A DNA stretch of 49,647 nt, counting the filler, from Jimgerdemannia flammicorona (lineage: Eukaryota), in the NCBI GenBank assembly GCA_003990765.1. It is 2 parts of 2 records of this genome, joined end to end, with 100 filler letters (N's around TTAATTAATTAA, not from the genome) between each part and the next. Parts side by side here need not be neighbours in the genome. Positions count along the whole stretch, not along the records: positions 24,876 to 49,647 come from RBNJ01000927.1; 1 more part is not named here. The stretch is one strand, 5' to 3'. The stretch's first letter is position 1. Each line of letters starts with the position of its first letter. The position numbers were made by a program, and so were the translations under genes. Below are positions 28,448 through 41,642 of the stretch, in pieces. Under the pieces are notes generated by a model. It was not told the origin of the DNA. It saw nothing but the letters and a program-made list of their open reading frames with translations, and did not search any database.

Positions 28448-31400
28448 ATACAGTTGTAGATTTCAGTGGTCATATTTATATATATATTCAGAAGTTGGGA
28501 TTGTTTATTTGGTTTATTGTAGTTTTCTATTTTAATATATCTTAGTACTCAGTATATATGCATTTGGTTCTGATTGGTATATAAGATTCTGTTTATATAA
28601 ATCTTATATTCTATGACTTTGAGTTGACTCAGCTTTGTACACTATAACTTCAGTTTGACTTAGCTTCATAATCTTGCAGGTGATTCCCAGATTTGTTTAG
28701 AGATCATATGTAATTTTGATAGCTTGTTTAGAGAGTGATATGTGATTTCAATAACTTGAAGGTTGTACACTTACAACTCTCCTCTTCTTAGCTTTTGATA
28801 TCCTCATCAGAGTCTTCTAATTTTGATCTAGTGTTATTATACCATTTAGATGGTCAAAAGTCCAGTAAAGTCCATTTTTCTCAGAAAGTAGCATGCTCAT
28901 AGTACAGTTGCTTAATGCATTAGATTTATATATTAAAAGATCATATGTTCAATATCATATGCCAGAAGTGATTCTGATGTCATTCACTATTGGAGAATTT
29001 TCTCTAAGAAATCTTCTTAAATATCTATGCCTCATTTCCCACCAGTGGTATGGAGAGAATAGACTGGCTTTCAGTTTTGCTATTTTTCTAAAGGATCAGT
29101 ATTCTTTTGTCTTAATTTGCTGAGTTCTTAATTTTGTTCATAATAATTATAAGAGTACTTGATGTTCAGGAGAGATAATATATAGTATATACTGATAGAT
29201 ACAGAAGTATTCAGATTTCAGTTATTCAAGAAATCATATTTCTGAACTAAGTTGGTGGCATTCTGGAGATTGGTCTTAGGTTCCCATGTTGCATCATAGA
29301 TCAGATAATCTTTCCATTTAACAAGATACTCAGGATAGTTCTTGTATCTATATTTGTTGAGAATTTGTTCAACTTCGTATTCTTCTTAGTCATTAATAAT
29401 AACAGGTGCAGGTGGTTCTGTGGTTTGGTTCAGGAATAGTTCATCATCATTTATATTATATCACTTAAGACATTAGATATTGAAGACTGGATGAATCTTA
29501 ATAGTATCTGGTAGTACCAATTTGTAGGAAGTAGGAGAGACTTGTGTAATGACTTTGAATGGTCCAATAAATTTACTGTTCAGCTTTGTAGATGATCTGT
29601 ACTTAAGGTTATCAACTTGGTATCCTTAGATATCTAATAGAACTTTTTCTCTAATATTGAAAGTTTCTTCTTAGCAGTGTTGATTGATATACTGTAACTA
29701 TTGTTCTTGAGCTTGGGATAAATTCTCAATTACAATCTGGCTTAAATTACACATTTGGAGCAGGAATTCTTCAATGGCTTCAATAGTAGAGAGTTCATCA
29801 GTAGTTTGGATAAGTATCAGAGAAGTGTTCAGGTTTTGTCTAGTATTGGTAAAGAATGTAGTCATTCTAAGAGAGGCTTGCTTGCTGTTATTGTAGCCAA
29901 ACTCAACTGTAGTGAGATATTTATGCCAATCATCCTATTTGTAGGAAACATAGTTCCTTAGCATTTATTCTAGAGTTTGGTTCATTCTCTCAGTTTGGCC
30001 ATTAGTCTCAGGGTAAAAGGCTGTAGATAGTATAAGTTTTATTCCAAGATATGCATAGAGGGCTTTCTAAAAATAGTTGGTGAATTTCAAGTCTCAATTA
30101 CTAACAATAATCTTAAGAAGACCATGATAGTAGAAGATGTTATCAAACAAGAGTGTAGCTATATCTGATGCTATTGTGATAGTAGTAGTTGATATAAAGT
30201 GAGCTTGTTTGCTAAGATAGTCTATGAAGACAACAATTGCATCTTTCTCATTCTTGGTTTGGAGTAGTTATACAATAAAGTCTATAGAAATTTATTCCCA
30301 ATTAGCTGATGGTACTGGGATAGGGTGGAGTAGGCCAGGTTTTACTAGTATTGAAGACTTGTTACATTGGTAGACATTATAGGAAGTGATATAAATCTTT
30401 AACTGATCTGCTATATGGGGCCAATAGAAGTTTCAGGAAATAACTTCATAATATTTATCAAATCCTAAATGTCTAGCTATAGGGGTATCATGATATTCAA
30501 ATAGGATAGTCCTTTGGAGGTCTCTATTGTTTGGAATATATAATCTGTCCTTATAGTAGATAGTATTATCCTTCAGTTAGTATTGATAGTACTAGGTATA
30601 CTTATCAGCATTATCACTGCTCAGGATTTCTTAGAGTACTTGAGCTTTCTTATCATCAGCACATGCTGCAATAATTTATTTCATGATAGAGTTTGTAATC
30701 AAGGTGAGAGTTTGGATAACTTCTTTAATTAGTAGTCTGAAAATTGCATCGGCAACAATATTCTCCTTGCCAGAGTGATACTGGATTTTATAGTTGAAGT
30801 TGGTAAGAACTTTCATATATCTGGCTTACTTTTGGGAAAGAGTAGTCTGGGTCTTAATATTGACTAATGATTTGTGGTCTGTTAAAACAGTGAAGTGTGC
30901 TCCTTTTAGATAGGATCACCATTTGATCAGAGTATCTATGATGGCTAATATTTCCTTCTCATAGATTACATAGTTGATTTCAGCATTATTGAACTTATAA
31001 TAATGATAGACCACAGAGTGTCCTTCTTATATGAGTACTACTCCAAGAGCTAGATCAGAGGCATCAGTAGTAACTTCATAAAATAGAGCAGAGTTTGCCA
31101 CTTGAAGTACTGGAGTGGTTATCAAGGTATCTTTTAGTGCTTAAAAGGCTGTATCTTATTTAGGTCCCCAATTTACAAGATTGTTAAAGTCTCTTTCTTG
31201 CTTCACAGTCCAGGACTGTTCTTCTTTCTTACTATACTTAGTCATTTGGTGAAGTTGGTAACAAATTGCCAGTAATAGTTTACTAATCTCAGGAATGACT
31301 AGAGGTCTTTCAGCTTCTTGGGTCAAGGTCATTTTTTGATTATAGAGATTTTGCTGAGGTCTACTTTGATTCTATTAAGAGTAACTATGTATCCAAGGAA

Positions 31401-32859
31401 TTGTATTTCCTTCAGAAAGAATTCACATTTGCTGAGTTTTATAAAGAGTCAGTTTTCTTGGAGTTTCAGTAGTACTAGTTCAAGGTGTTTGAGATATTTC
31501 TCTAGAGTTTTGCTAAAGACTAGGATGTCATCAATATAGATAACAATAAATTTGTTCAGGTATGAGTGTAAAATAGTATTCATAAGTATCTAGAAGGTTG
31601 CTGGAGCATTAGTTAAGCCAAAGAGCATAACCAGAAACTCAAAATATCTATAGTAGGTTCAGAAGGCTATCTTGTAGATATCTTCTTCTTTCATGGCAAT
31701 TTGCCAATAACTATTTTATAGGTTGAAAGAGCTCATGAACTGTGGATTGGTAAGCCTATTGAATATTTTATCAATTCTAGGTAATGGGCAGCAGTTCTTA
31801 ATTATTTGCTCATTGAGGTCATAGTAGTCTATGCATATTCTTAGGTCTCCTTCTTTCTTGACAACAAAGAGGACTGGTGTACTATAGGGTAATATACTGA
31901 GTCTGATGAATCCTTGTTCTAGGAGTTTGTCAATTTTCTTTTTGAGTACATCAATCTCTCTGAGAGATATGTGGTAGATTGACTTGAAGACTGACTTGGC
32001 ATCTGGGATAGTCTTGATGACATGGTCTACTGCTCATTTAGGTGATAGGCCTTTTGAGAGTTTCTTTGGGAATATATCTTGGAATTTCTAGAGTAGAAGT
32101 CTGACATAGTTGTCAACTTTGGAAAAGTCTTCTTCAGAATTCTTGGGTTCTCCTTTGAATGGATGGATGGAGATAGCAAAGAGAGGGCATTTCTTGGCCA
32201 ATTTCTTAAACTGTAGCTTATTGATGTGGGTGATCTTTGGTCCAGGATCACTAGAACTGAGTGAGTCCTTTTTGCCTTGCAGTTTGAAGTTGTGGTATTC
32301 TTTCTTAATGGTTAGGAAATGGTTTATCCAATTGATTATGAGATTCTCTTATTTCAACCATAAGGTTCCAAGAATGATTTTATTATCAGAAAGTAGTACA
32401 ATCTGGAGGGTAATATATACTCAGTAGTCACTAATTAAGAAGGATAGATTGTAGACTTCCTTGCTAATGATATATGAGATTCCATCAGCTATAGCAACTG
32501 CTTGAGTTTATTGTACTAAAGATGTCAGGACCTTGAGTCTGTTGGCTGTTTCTTTATTGATAAAGTTGCCTAAGGCACTACTGTCTATTATAATCTTGAC
32601 AGATGCTTAGTTGACAAAGGCTTGAAGTGTAAGTAGTTTGTCTAATCCAATGGTGGTGATTTTAGTTATAAGAGCTTTTCTTCTATTGGGTTTTCTTTGA
32701 GCCAGTTCATTGACACAAGAGAAGTAATTGTTGATCATTCAGGAAGAGTACATTCTAATATCATGAGAGTATTGACCACTGGGTATATATCTATCTTTAA
32801 TTTTCTTGTAGAATTATTCTTCTTTGTTTGTGGTAGGTTGGGCTAGGGTCTTGTTTGAT

Positions 32860-33262
32860 GAACTAAATCCTTTGGATCCTCAGATAGTGGGCAGTAGTTC
32901 AGAGACTTCTTTGACTATTAGAGCTGATTTAATTTTCTCAAATAGGATCTGCATAATACAGAAATCAATAGAGATCTTGAATGGTATCTAACTGTGGTTT
33001 TGGATAAGGATAATAATTTCATCTATATAATCTTTATCAATGACTCCTCTTTCTACTGAGAGTTCTTTCAATGCTAGGCTGCTGTGATAGTATATTCTTC
33101 CAACATATCCTTCAGAGATTTGAATGCTAATTCCTGTATAGACTTACTTGACTTCTCAGTTGAAAACTGTAGCTTCTTCAGTTATATATAGATCATATCC
33201 AGCTATCTTTTGACTTTCTCTGGTTGAGGCCTTGGCAGTTTGCCTTAACTTGACAAAGTTTG
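32860..33262 (-). pseudogene. dUTPase domain in B2
   Basis: Collinear with 4830-5235: AGYDLY...TGISIQI...VIDKDYIDEI...*GSKGFSS. Confidence 0.88.
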
Positions 33263-35858
33263 ATATTTTGATAGTCAGATTATTGAGGTAGTGTAGAGTA
33301 GTAACAGTTGCTTATATCACTGTTTGGGGTTTTCAGTTAGAGCAGACACTAGTCATATGTCCTGTCTTTCAGCAATAGAAGTATACTCTACTTATTTGAA
33401 GTTCATTTCTTTCTCCTTCAGTGAGTTTCTTAAAGGTACTCAGCTGAGTGGATTTATGATTTCAGGATGTCCAAGAGGTAGATATGAAGAGAGCTTGGAG
33501 TGCTTCATGCTTGGGTTCTTCTTTCTTAGTTTAAGTTTTTTCTTTATTGTTGAATTATCTTCAAGGCAGGATTGGTTCAGCTGTTAGGATTTACTTGACC
33601 ATAGTCTTGATTCTTACCAGATATTATTATTGATGATCACAACCAACTGGGCATCTTTGTTCTTGTATTTTTCTAGTAAGTCATTTAGGCAGTACATTGA
33701 AGTTCAAAGCTTTATTAGTATAGTTGACACCAACTTTGAAGCCAATCAATAGACCAGTGAGCAAGTTGCTAACTACTCTCTGACAAACAATTAAGACCAT
33801 ACTCTAGAACAACTCTTTGCTACTACTATGGCCTATGTCTGTTAAGTTGTTATATTCTTCTGAGAACTTACTGAAGAATAGTGGTGAATCCTTCTTGAAA
33901 AATCTCTCACATGGGATACCTGACCTGCAATAGTTGCCCAGAATACAGCAAACAATACCCCAGAATATGGAGCCCACCCTATAGTTCCTGGACTCAAACA
34001 ACTCATGATTGCTCAATACTGTAGTGAAACTATTATTGCCAAATCTTGAGTTAAACTCCACAACCTCAAATTTGATATATATAGCAAAGAGAAATTTGAA
34101 ACCTTTTGTACAAAACTTGAGTTACTCCTAAATATTATTGGCCTAGAATATATTGCCAATAATGAAACATAAAATAGTATAAGAGCAGACCATTTATTCT
34201 TATATAGTACCATTGAAGGTAGATAGATTCAGATTTTTTGTTAGTCAGGTCTGTTCAGCTAAGGCAGTGATGGTTGCTGCCATTATTGCTACCTAGGCTA
34301 TGAGGTCTAAAATCTGTTGATTTGCCATGTTATTTACTAGAGATAGTTGGACTATAGTAGTAGTATTACTGATACTACTTGAGATACTGGTGCAGAGTGT
34401 AATGGGGTTCTTTGAGTCTGTATAAGTTACTGGAGTAATAATTGTGGGTCTGGAGTAAGGGCTCAATAGATAGCTATCTGTTGCTGTATAGATATATTCT
34501 GTCCTGATAGAGGTACATCTCCTTTGGTAGTATATCTGGAATTAAATTTACTAAGATACTCCTCTTCCTCTTTAGCTTGGTCTCTGTATAGTTGGGTTTG
34601 CTTAGTATTGAAGTAGACAGAATCAGTTGTATATCTAATTTTAGATAGACTTAATTCAAAGTCAAGTTCTGGTTCAGTATTGGTTTTGGGGTCAGATAGG
34701 GCTGTAGCTGGACCTGCTTCTAGTTTGGGGTCAGGTTGTTGATGAAGAGTTTCTCTTACATCTTTCTTAAGAATATGGTAGACTTTACTGTTCTGAAAGC
34801 AGTAGTATAATGTGGTCTTAGTCTTAGTGTGGTGAAAGTCAGTAGAGTTGAGCCACTTGACTATAGAGGCTTGGGCTTCATGAGGAACTAAGGCTAGAAA
34901 GACTACTGCTGGTTATTCTAGGTCACTCAGATTTGACAAAACTCTTGTTGAGAAGAGTGAAGAAGGCTTCTATAAGACCTTCTTTATCTTGACTTATGGA
35001 GTGTAGAGCAAGGAGTTCAGTGTATAGAGTTTCATCTATCTGCTGATTTAATTAGAGTACTTCTTTCTTTGAATGAAATCTGTCTCACTTGTTGCAGATG
35101 TGGAGGTCAAATTGTCCTTATACATCAGATTTAATTTTCTCCAAATTGTCAGATAGTTCAGGATAAATTTCAGTTCAGAGGTTGGGTTTTATACCAACTT
35201 GTAGAAATTCTCAGAGGGGTTTGTAGTGGAGTAAAGAAGTGTCTTGAAGTGGAATTAGATTATAAACTGCTACTGCCAAGTTATAAGAGGGTTACTTATT
35301 AGGATAACTGTTATGTAGTTCTGGAAGGGTTTTCTAGAAGTTCTGGATATTCTGAAAGACTGTTTTCTTAAGGTCAAGATCAATTTCATATGGAGTATAT
35401 CCTCTATGCTTATTGATTTCAAGATCAGATTAATGTCTCAACCAAAGTTCTTATTTGGACTAGTTCTGGATGTTCAGAATTTTTTATATTTCAGAAAGTT
35501 TAAGAAACTAAGACTAGCTTAATTGAATTGGCATATTGCTATAGACAATATCCAATTAGGAAATTTTATGATAGAGTTAGGAGTGAGACCTAATGAGGAG
35601 CAGATTTACTTAAGAGTGATTTGTGAGTTATTAAATAGGTTTATTTACTATTCATAGTATTGCTATACTAGGAGTAGTTATATAAGGGGATATTGTGGGA
35701 AAGTATTCAGAAATGCTCTTATATATATAAGTCTTAGATTCTGAGATCTGGGAGAGGGGGTATTTATACTAGTGAGGAGCTATCTAGACTATGCTAAATA
35801 TGGATATAGTACTTAGTGTCTTGCTGAGTCTGAATGCAGTCATGTAGTATAAGTGTGA

Positions 35859-37916
35859 GATTGGTAGACTGGTGGGTGAGGATTAGCAAGGTTTTGTCAA
35901 AGAGAGATAGATTAGAGACAGTACTACTTGGGTGTAGAATATCTTGGAGGGGTATAGGAGTCAATAAGTAGATAGATGGATGGTCTTCCTGGATCAGAAG
36001 AAGGTATATAACAGGGTATGGTAGAATTATCTTGAGGCAGTATTGCAGAAGATAGGGCTTGGTATAGTAGAGATAAGGAGATTGATGGGTCTGGTATAAG
36101 GTTATAGAGCAGCAGTACTGATGAATGAATAGAGTAATTCAGAATTTGCCTTAGAGAGAGGTATACCACAGGGTGACCCTCTCTCTCTCTTACTATATAT
36201 TCTCTCTTTGGAGCCCTTATTGGCTTGGTTGAAGGGGTGGCTTACTGGATTGTGAATGAAGGAAGTAGTCTGGAAGCTGGGGGCCTTTACTAATAATATA
36301 GTGGTTGAACTGGGCTATATAGCAGATGTGGAATACCTACAAGAAGAGGTTTAACAATATGAGAGACTAATTAGAGTGAAATTGAACTGGGGCAAGTATG
36401 AGACAATAGAGCTAGGCATGGGCTTGAGAGGGATTGGATAATTTGGACATGCAGTAGCTATGAGAAATGCTGTTCAATATTTGGATATCTGGTTTTCAGT
36501 ATATAGGATAGTTCTGCCAAATGAATGGTAGTGTGGTATAATATAGAAGTGGGAGAGAGTATTGACAGATTGGTCAAAGAGGTGCTTCTCCTTGATGGGG
36601 AGAGTAGTGGTCCTAAATGTATACTGGTTACTAAAGTTATGGTATCTGGGATATTATCTGGATTTTCCTGGATAGATGGTATAGCAGCTGAAGAAGATAG
36701 TAGAAGGATAGTTATGATAAGGTAGGTAGCTGCAAATTGGTTGAGAGATAGTGGTGCTGAGGACAGTAGATGGGGGTTTGGGGTTGGTGGACTTTCAGAG
36801 GTAGTTAAAGGTACTCTGGGGTTAGTAGAGATATTAACTAGTAGAATTGGGTGAGGAAAAATGAGGCAGACTGGCTATGGACAATTGGAAGGTCAGGTTC
36901 TGCCCTCATGGTGAGATTTGGAAGGATATGTAAGGACTGCTTCAGGTTGAAAGGGTCAGTTAACTATGGTTTAAGGGGTTCTGGTAGGGTATTATAGAGG
37001 TATGGCTGAGTATGGGGTTAACAGAGCCAGAAATAGGTGAAGGTGTGAATCTTGAGCAATGCTGGTAGCAGTTAGAGGGCCTATAAGTTAGTGGCCACTG
37101 GTTGGTTGAGTACTCACTGATGGAGGTGATGGAATGGATTAGGTCTGGCCCTCTTGAGAGGTGATCTGTAGGGTGGCAGAGGGCAGAATTTGGAGATGGC
37201 TGGGATTGGGGGCAGATCTGGAGCTAGGGGGCTTCCTTGCTCAAGATTGTACTGCCTAAGTACTGGGTAGTGTGATAGTAGTTCTTGAGGAGGAATGTTA
37301 TATTAGGGTATTGGACAGAATGGATGGAGGTAGAAGGAGGTAGAGAGTGTGAATAGTGTAGTGAGTTAGATGGGAGTGTGGTTCAATTGCCAGAGCATAT
37401 TCTCACAAGATGTCCAGAGATAGAAGGGTATTAATAGATATTAGAGAAATATTGGGGTTCTGAAGGTAGATGGCTGGGGGAACCTACTAGCCTGATTGTC
37501 AAGCAATGATTGGTGGGGGTGACTGGAGATGTCTGGGGGGGGGGCTAAGTCAGATTCTTGGAGTCTGGGTCCTGATGGTAGTACATTGGTGATGAGTGTT
37601 CAAGTGGGATCCATGGATGGGAATTAGTGAGTTGGTGGAGCAGTAGAGGTGACTCCTGTAGGAAGTAGTGTAAGGGTAGTAGTATTAGGAGAAGCAGCAA
37701 TAGCTGGGGACCTTGAGGAAGGTATAGGACATTGTACAGAGGAGCTGTAGTAACCTGGTGCTAGATGACTGAGGGGTACAGTAGAAGAAAGGAGTTGGCT
37801 AAAGAGTTCTCTTCTATATATAATTTAGTAGTAGTAGCTGGAGAAGATTCAATATTGTCATAGATACTAGGGAAAAGATTGATAATAAATAGAGTCCAAG
37901 AGACTATATAAAAAAA
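35859..37916 (+). mobile_element. 5'-truncated L1/Tx1-like LINE with poly(A) and a ~17-bp TSD, in the B2 5' LTR
   Basis: RT motifs GIPQGDPLSLLLYILSLEPL (~36160-36220) and AFTNNI (decayed FADD); YLDI; GGLGLVDF; A-tail at ~37910-37917; TSD ATGTAGTATAAGTGTGA (35842-35858) / ATATAGTATAAGTGTGA (37917-37933). Confidence 0.9.
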
Positions 37917-38032
37917 ATATAGTATAAGTGTGATCTGATATATCAAGAGATCATCTAACTGCTGAGTTAGTTCATAGTCATATCATATAAGGCTAATCTA
38001 ACTATACTATAACTACTAAGCTATCTATAGAT

Positions 38033-39129
38033 TTAAACACTGTCTGAGTAGTCTTTAATGATATCACCATCAATGATATCATCTCTGATGAAGTAGTCAT
38101 CTAAAAAGAGTTATTCATAGATGAATTCTCTCTATTTGCTAAGATAATAATATATTGGAACTTCATTACCATCCTACAGAATAGTATCATCTGTCTCATA
38201 TACTGGGTAAGATATTGGTGGGCAAAAGAGGGGTGCATTATCTTTGCTTTCATTGAATTCACTATTTGTATACCTTCTATAAATAACAGTACTATAAGTT
38301 GCAGGGTTGTAGTATGCTAGTAGTTGTACTTCATATCACTCATACTCTGGTAGTGGGGTTGTTGGTTCAATCTTGTGGGTTGTCTGGAGATATAGATTGT
38401 GTTCTTCAGTCTCTTTATTATAGTTGAAGTAATTGGGATGAATGCAGGCTAGTACTTATACTAGTGGTCATTATCCTAATAGATCTCATAGGTAGTTATG
38501 AACTATTGTAAGTTTATTAGTAAGGTTGGTGGGGTAATCAGAGTTGGTAGAGATTCTTGGCTTGAGATTATGTTAGCATCAGAGAGATCATTGTCTTCTA
38601 CTTTATCTTCATCAAATCAGATTATATTATAGATATCCTTTATGATATATCTGACTTGGGGCATTTGCAGAATATAGTTATCAGAGTGTAGGAAGGTTCT
38701 ATCTGTGGTCTGAACATACTCAATATACTTGTGGTTGAGTTCTTGTATTATATCATTGATTTGGTTATAGAATAAAATTACAACTATTTCAGTAGTAGTA
38801 ACTCAAAGATAGAGAATAAAGGTGCTATACTTATAAAGGAGTTCTTGGTGTTTGCAGATAATGAGTTTCTGGTATTGAGATATTTGAGTAATATCTGTAT
38901 CATAGTAGTATTTAACTATATCTTCTAGAAGATAGCTGATTTAGTAGTAGCTTGAGATTTGTCTGATTTAGTAGACTTCACTAAGTATGTTCAGGGTATT
39001 CTATTGGGCTTCTATAAAGTAGAGGGGTGCTAGACTATAGATATTTATAAGGAGTAGAGAGAGTATAGTTTGGTTGATAATAGCATTTCAAATGTCAGTA
39101 CAGATATGATTGTAGATTTCAGTAGTCAT
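38033..39129 (-). pseudogene. Second copy of the U3 accessory ORF (B2 5' LTR)
   Basis: Collinear with 7922-9019; intact ATG at 39127-39129; a 1-bp deletion near 38440; more stops. Confidence 0.7.
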
Positions 39130-39431
39130 GTTTGTATATATATTCAGAAGTTAGAGTTGTTTGTTTGGTTTGTTGTGGTTCTCTGTTTCAATATATCTTA
39201 GTGCTCAGTATACATATATGTATTTGGTCCTGATTGGTAAGATTCTGTTTATGTAAATCTTATATTCTATAACTTTGAGTTGACTCAGCTTTGTATGCTA
39301 TAATTTTGTTTTGACTCAGCTTTGTGATCTTGCAGATAATTTCCAGATTTGTTCAGAGGTCACATATTATTTTAGTAGCTTGTTCAGAGAGTAACATGTG
39401 ATTTCAGTAGCTTGGAGGTTATATACTTACA

Positions 39432-39633
39432 GATACCCAACTCTGATCTCTCAACTTACTGGCTTACTTCAACTACTATACTTTTAAGCAATATAGATAC
39501 TTTGGGAAATCAATAAGGTCAAGTCCTCTCTGACTCACTAGTAGTATTAATATATTTCAGTCTATCTAACTATATCACCTAGTTCAGATCTATCTTGTTT
39601 AAATTACTTTTACTATATATATCTTCTAAATAT
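39432..39633 (-). mobile_element. Old LINE remnant between B2 and C
   Basis: Minus strand reads SERGLDLIDFPKY..CLK, resembling the GGLGLVDF block of the other LINEs. Confidence 0.55.
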
Positions 39634-41090
39634 TGTAATATGCCAGCTCAATGGAGGCAAATTATAAGGTTGGGGGTTGATGTAGTTTGGCTTGAGCCCC
39701 CAGTTACTTTGTCAAAAAGCAATAAAATGTTCTAAGATTCCTGAGGTCCTTGGTGTTTAGCAGTATAATAGTCAAAGCTGGATATCTGCAAGTGGTTTCC
39801 TTATTGGGACTATTCTCTAGGTGTAGTGGCAACTTGTATCTCTTCTTCTTGGGTCAACTGGAAATGGTACAATTTTGTGTAGTGAGGTAATTTCCAAAAG
39901 TATATGATTTCTGGGTGACGATCTTGGTGCGATGATCTTTGTGTAGCATGACGATCTTCTTGTGTATAACAGTCTGGCAATTTAGTGGTTCTCCTTATGC
40001 AATTTCTGCATGATAATCCTTATATAGCATGATGATTTCTAAAAGTATGCAATTTCTGGCAGATAGCTTGATTTGGCTTACTGGAAATTGTATGGCATAG
40101 ATTCTTCTGTAACAGACTCACTAGGAATAATGAATAACTCGGATGTCGCGGATTCTTTCTGAATCAGCAGAGTTCTTCTGGGAATGTGGCAGATAACTCA
40201 AAATAGCAGATGATATGGATTCTTCCTGAATTGGCAGACTTCTTGAAAATGGCGGCTTAACTGGGAATTAACTCAGATGGTATGGATTCTTATAAATCAG
40301 TAGCTTCAACTGAGAATACAATGGCATGGATTCTTTCTGAATTAGCGGCTTCGACAGAGAATGCAGACTACTGGTGGCATTCTTTGGGAAAGGGTCTCTT
40401 GGCAAAGTCATGTCAAAGACTGGCTTCATTTGTGCAATGAATCACTGCAAAGTTATATTAGAAACTGGCTTGAGTAAGGCAGCTTTCTTGGGAAGGCGGA
40501 GAATAACTTGGAAATGGCGGCTTATTCCTTAAGTAGCGGACTACTCAAATAGTGGCGAAGTTCTTCCTTAAACTTGGTGGCAAATCAGCTTTGTATCAGA
40601 AAGTGGACTGGAGTGGAAAGGGGAAATAAGCTCACAATCTCCTAACAGTGGCTATAGAGTTCCTCTCGAAGTATGGTAGGCAGACTTGTCTTTTGCTTCA
40701 ATTTCAGACTTTTCAGACTGAGGTTTATTCACTCTTATCTCTGGGGTAATTTATACAAGTTGGTTGCTATCTGGTTACTATATGGCTAACTATAGATTTA
40801 CTATCTCCGGTAATGTTTGGGTATATCCTCTGGGTACAGGTGTGTCCACAGGACATGAGTGTGTCTGCAGGACATGAGTGTATCTACAGGACATAAGTGT
40901 GTCTGCAGGACATGAGTGTGTCCTCAGGATACAGATAAATAATCCTGATCTGGTGTCTTGGCTAATTATAAGTATGACAGACATGGGTAACTATGATATA
41001 CTAGAAGTCACATCATGCTGAGTAGGTATGCTAATTGTTTACATCATCTGGCTAAGTTATAATTCAGATGATACATTTTGGACTATTACA
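39634..41090 (-). repeat. 3' LTR of C (~1.46 kb) with internal subrepeats
   Basis: Direct repeat of 48673-49328; minus-strand GTATAAAT at ~40750-40757 and AATAAA at ~40724-40729. Confidence 0.88.
40840..40933. repeat. 19-bp tandem repeat x5 in the U3 of the C LTR
   Basis: Unit GTGTGTCYNCAGGACATGA. Confidence 0.88.
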
Positions 41091-41642
41091 TCAGCCCCCA
41101 CTGAAGGGTAGTCTGTCCCAGACTATTCTTCAGTTATCATCCCAATAGACATAAGCAGCTTCTGCATCTATACCTGTTCCATCATCATCATCTGAGCTAT
41201 GGTCACTCCATTCCAGAAGCTCTTCTTCTTCCTCAGAAAATAGGATCTCCACTTGGTGAATAATGCTGAGGTAGGTGGGCAGTGTCATCCTTTGGAGGTC
41301 ATTTAGGGAAAACTGGGCCTAGATTAAGGCAGAAGGATTTTGTTTATATATTGTGTATAGTCTGTCTGCAGCAGTAGTATTCCTTCTGTTCAGGCTAGTG
41401 GTGTTTTGGACATAGGCTACATCTGGGAGAGGAAGATTCTGCAATTGTTCTCCAATTGTATAATATGCCTGCAGCTGGTAGACCTGGAGTAGCCTCTTGG
41501 CCAAAGTGAGGTTCTCTTGATGAACTCAGATTTTCTGAAGATATGTTCCATTGGGTTCCCGGAACTGAGGCAGGGGAACTGGTAGGGCTTGGAGGGAACT
41601 GAGAACAAGGGTTTGGAGGCAGTTGTCAATTCTCTAATTCAT
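41091..41642 (-). pseudogene. ORF3 of family C (~183 codons, unknown product, acidic tail)
   Basis: One frame from ATG 41642 to TGA 41091 abutting the LTR, with 4 internal stops; includes track ORF 41319..41504. Confidence 0.72.

Larger units (their letters stand above)
28448..39431 (-). mobile_element. Family B copy B2 (3' LTR remnant 28448-28775, internal 28776-35281, 5' LTR 35282-39431 with a LINE insertion)
   Basis: PPT at 28776-28790; chromodomain EYEVEQILN...YLVKWKDY.IYDATWEP (~29240-29390); IN, RH, RT, PR, dUTPase and gag collinear with B1; degenerate PBS at ~35267-35278. Confidence 0.92.

Noticed and set aside
41091..41642. env gene interpretation of ORF3 or the U3 ORF
   Set aside because: No signal peptide, hydrophobic transmembrane segment or fusion-protein features are visible.
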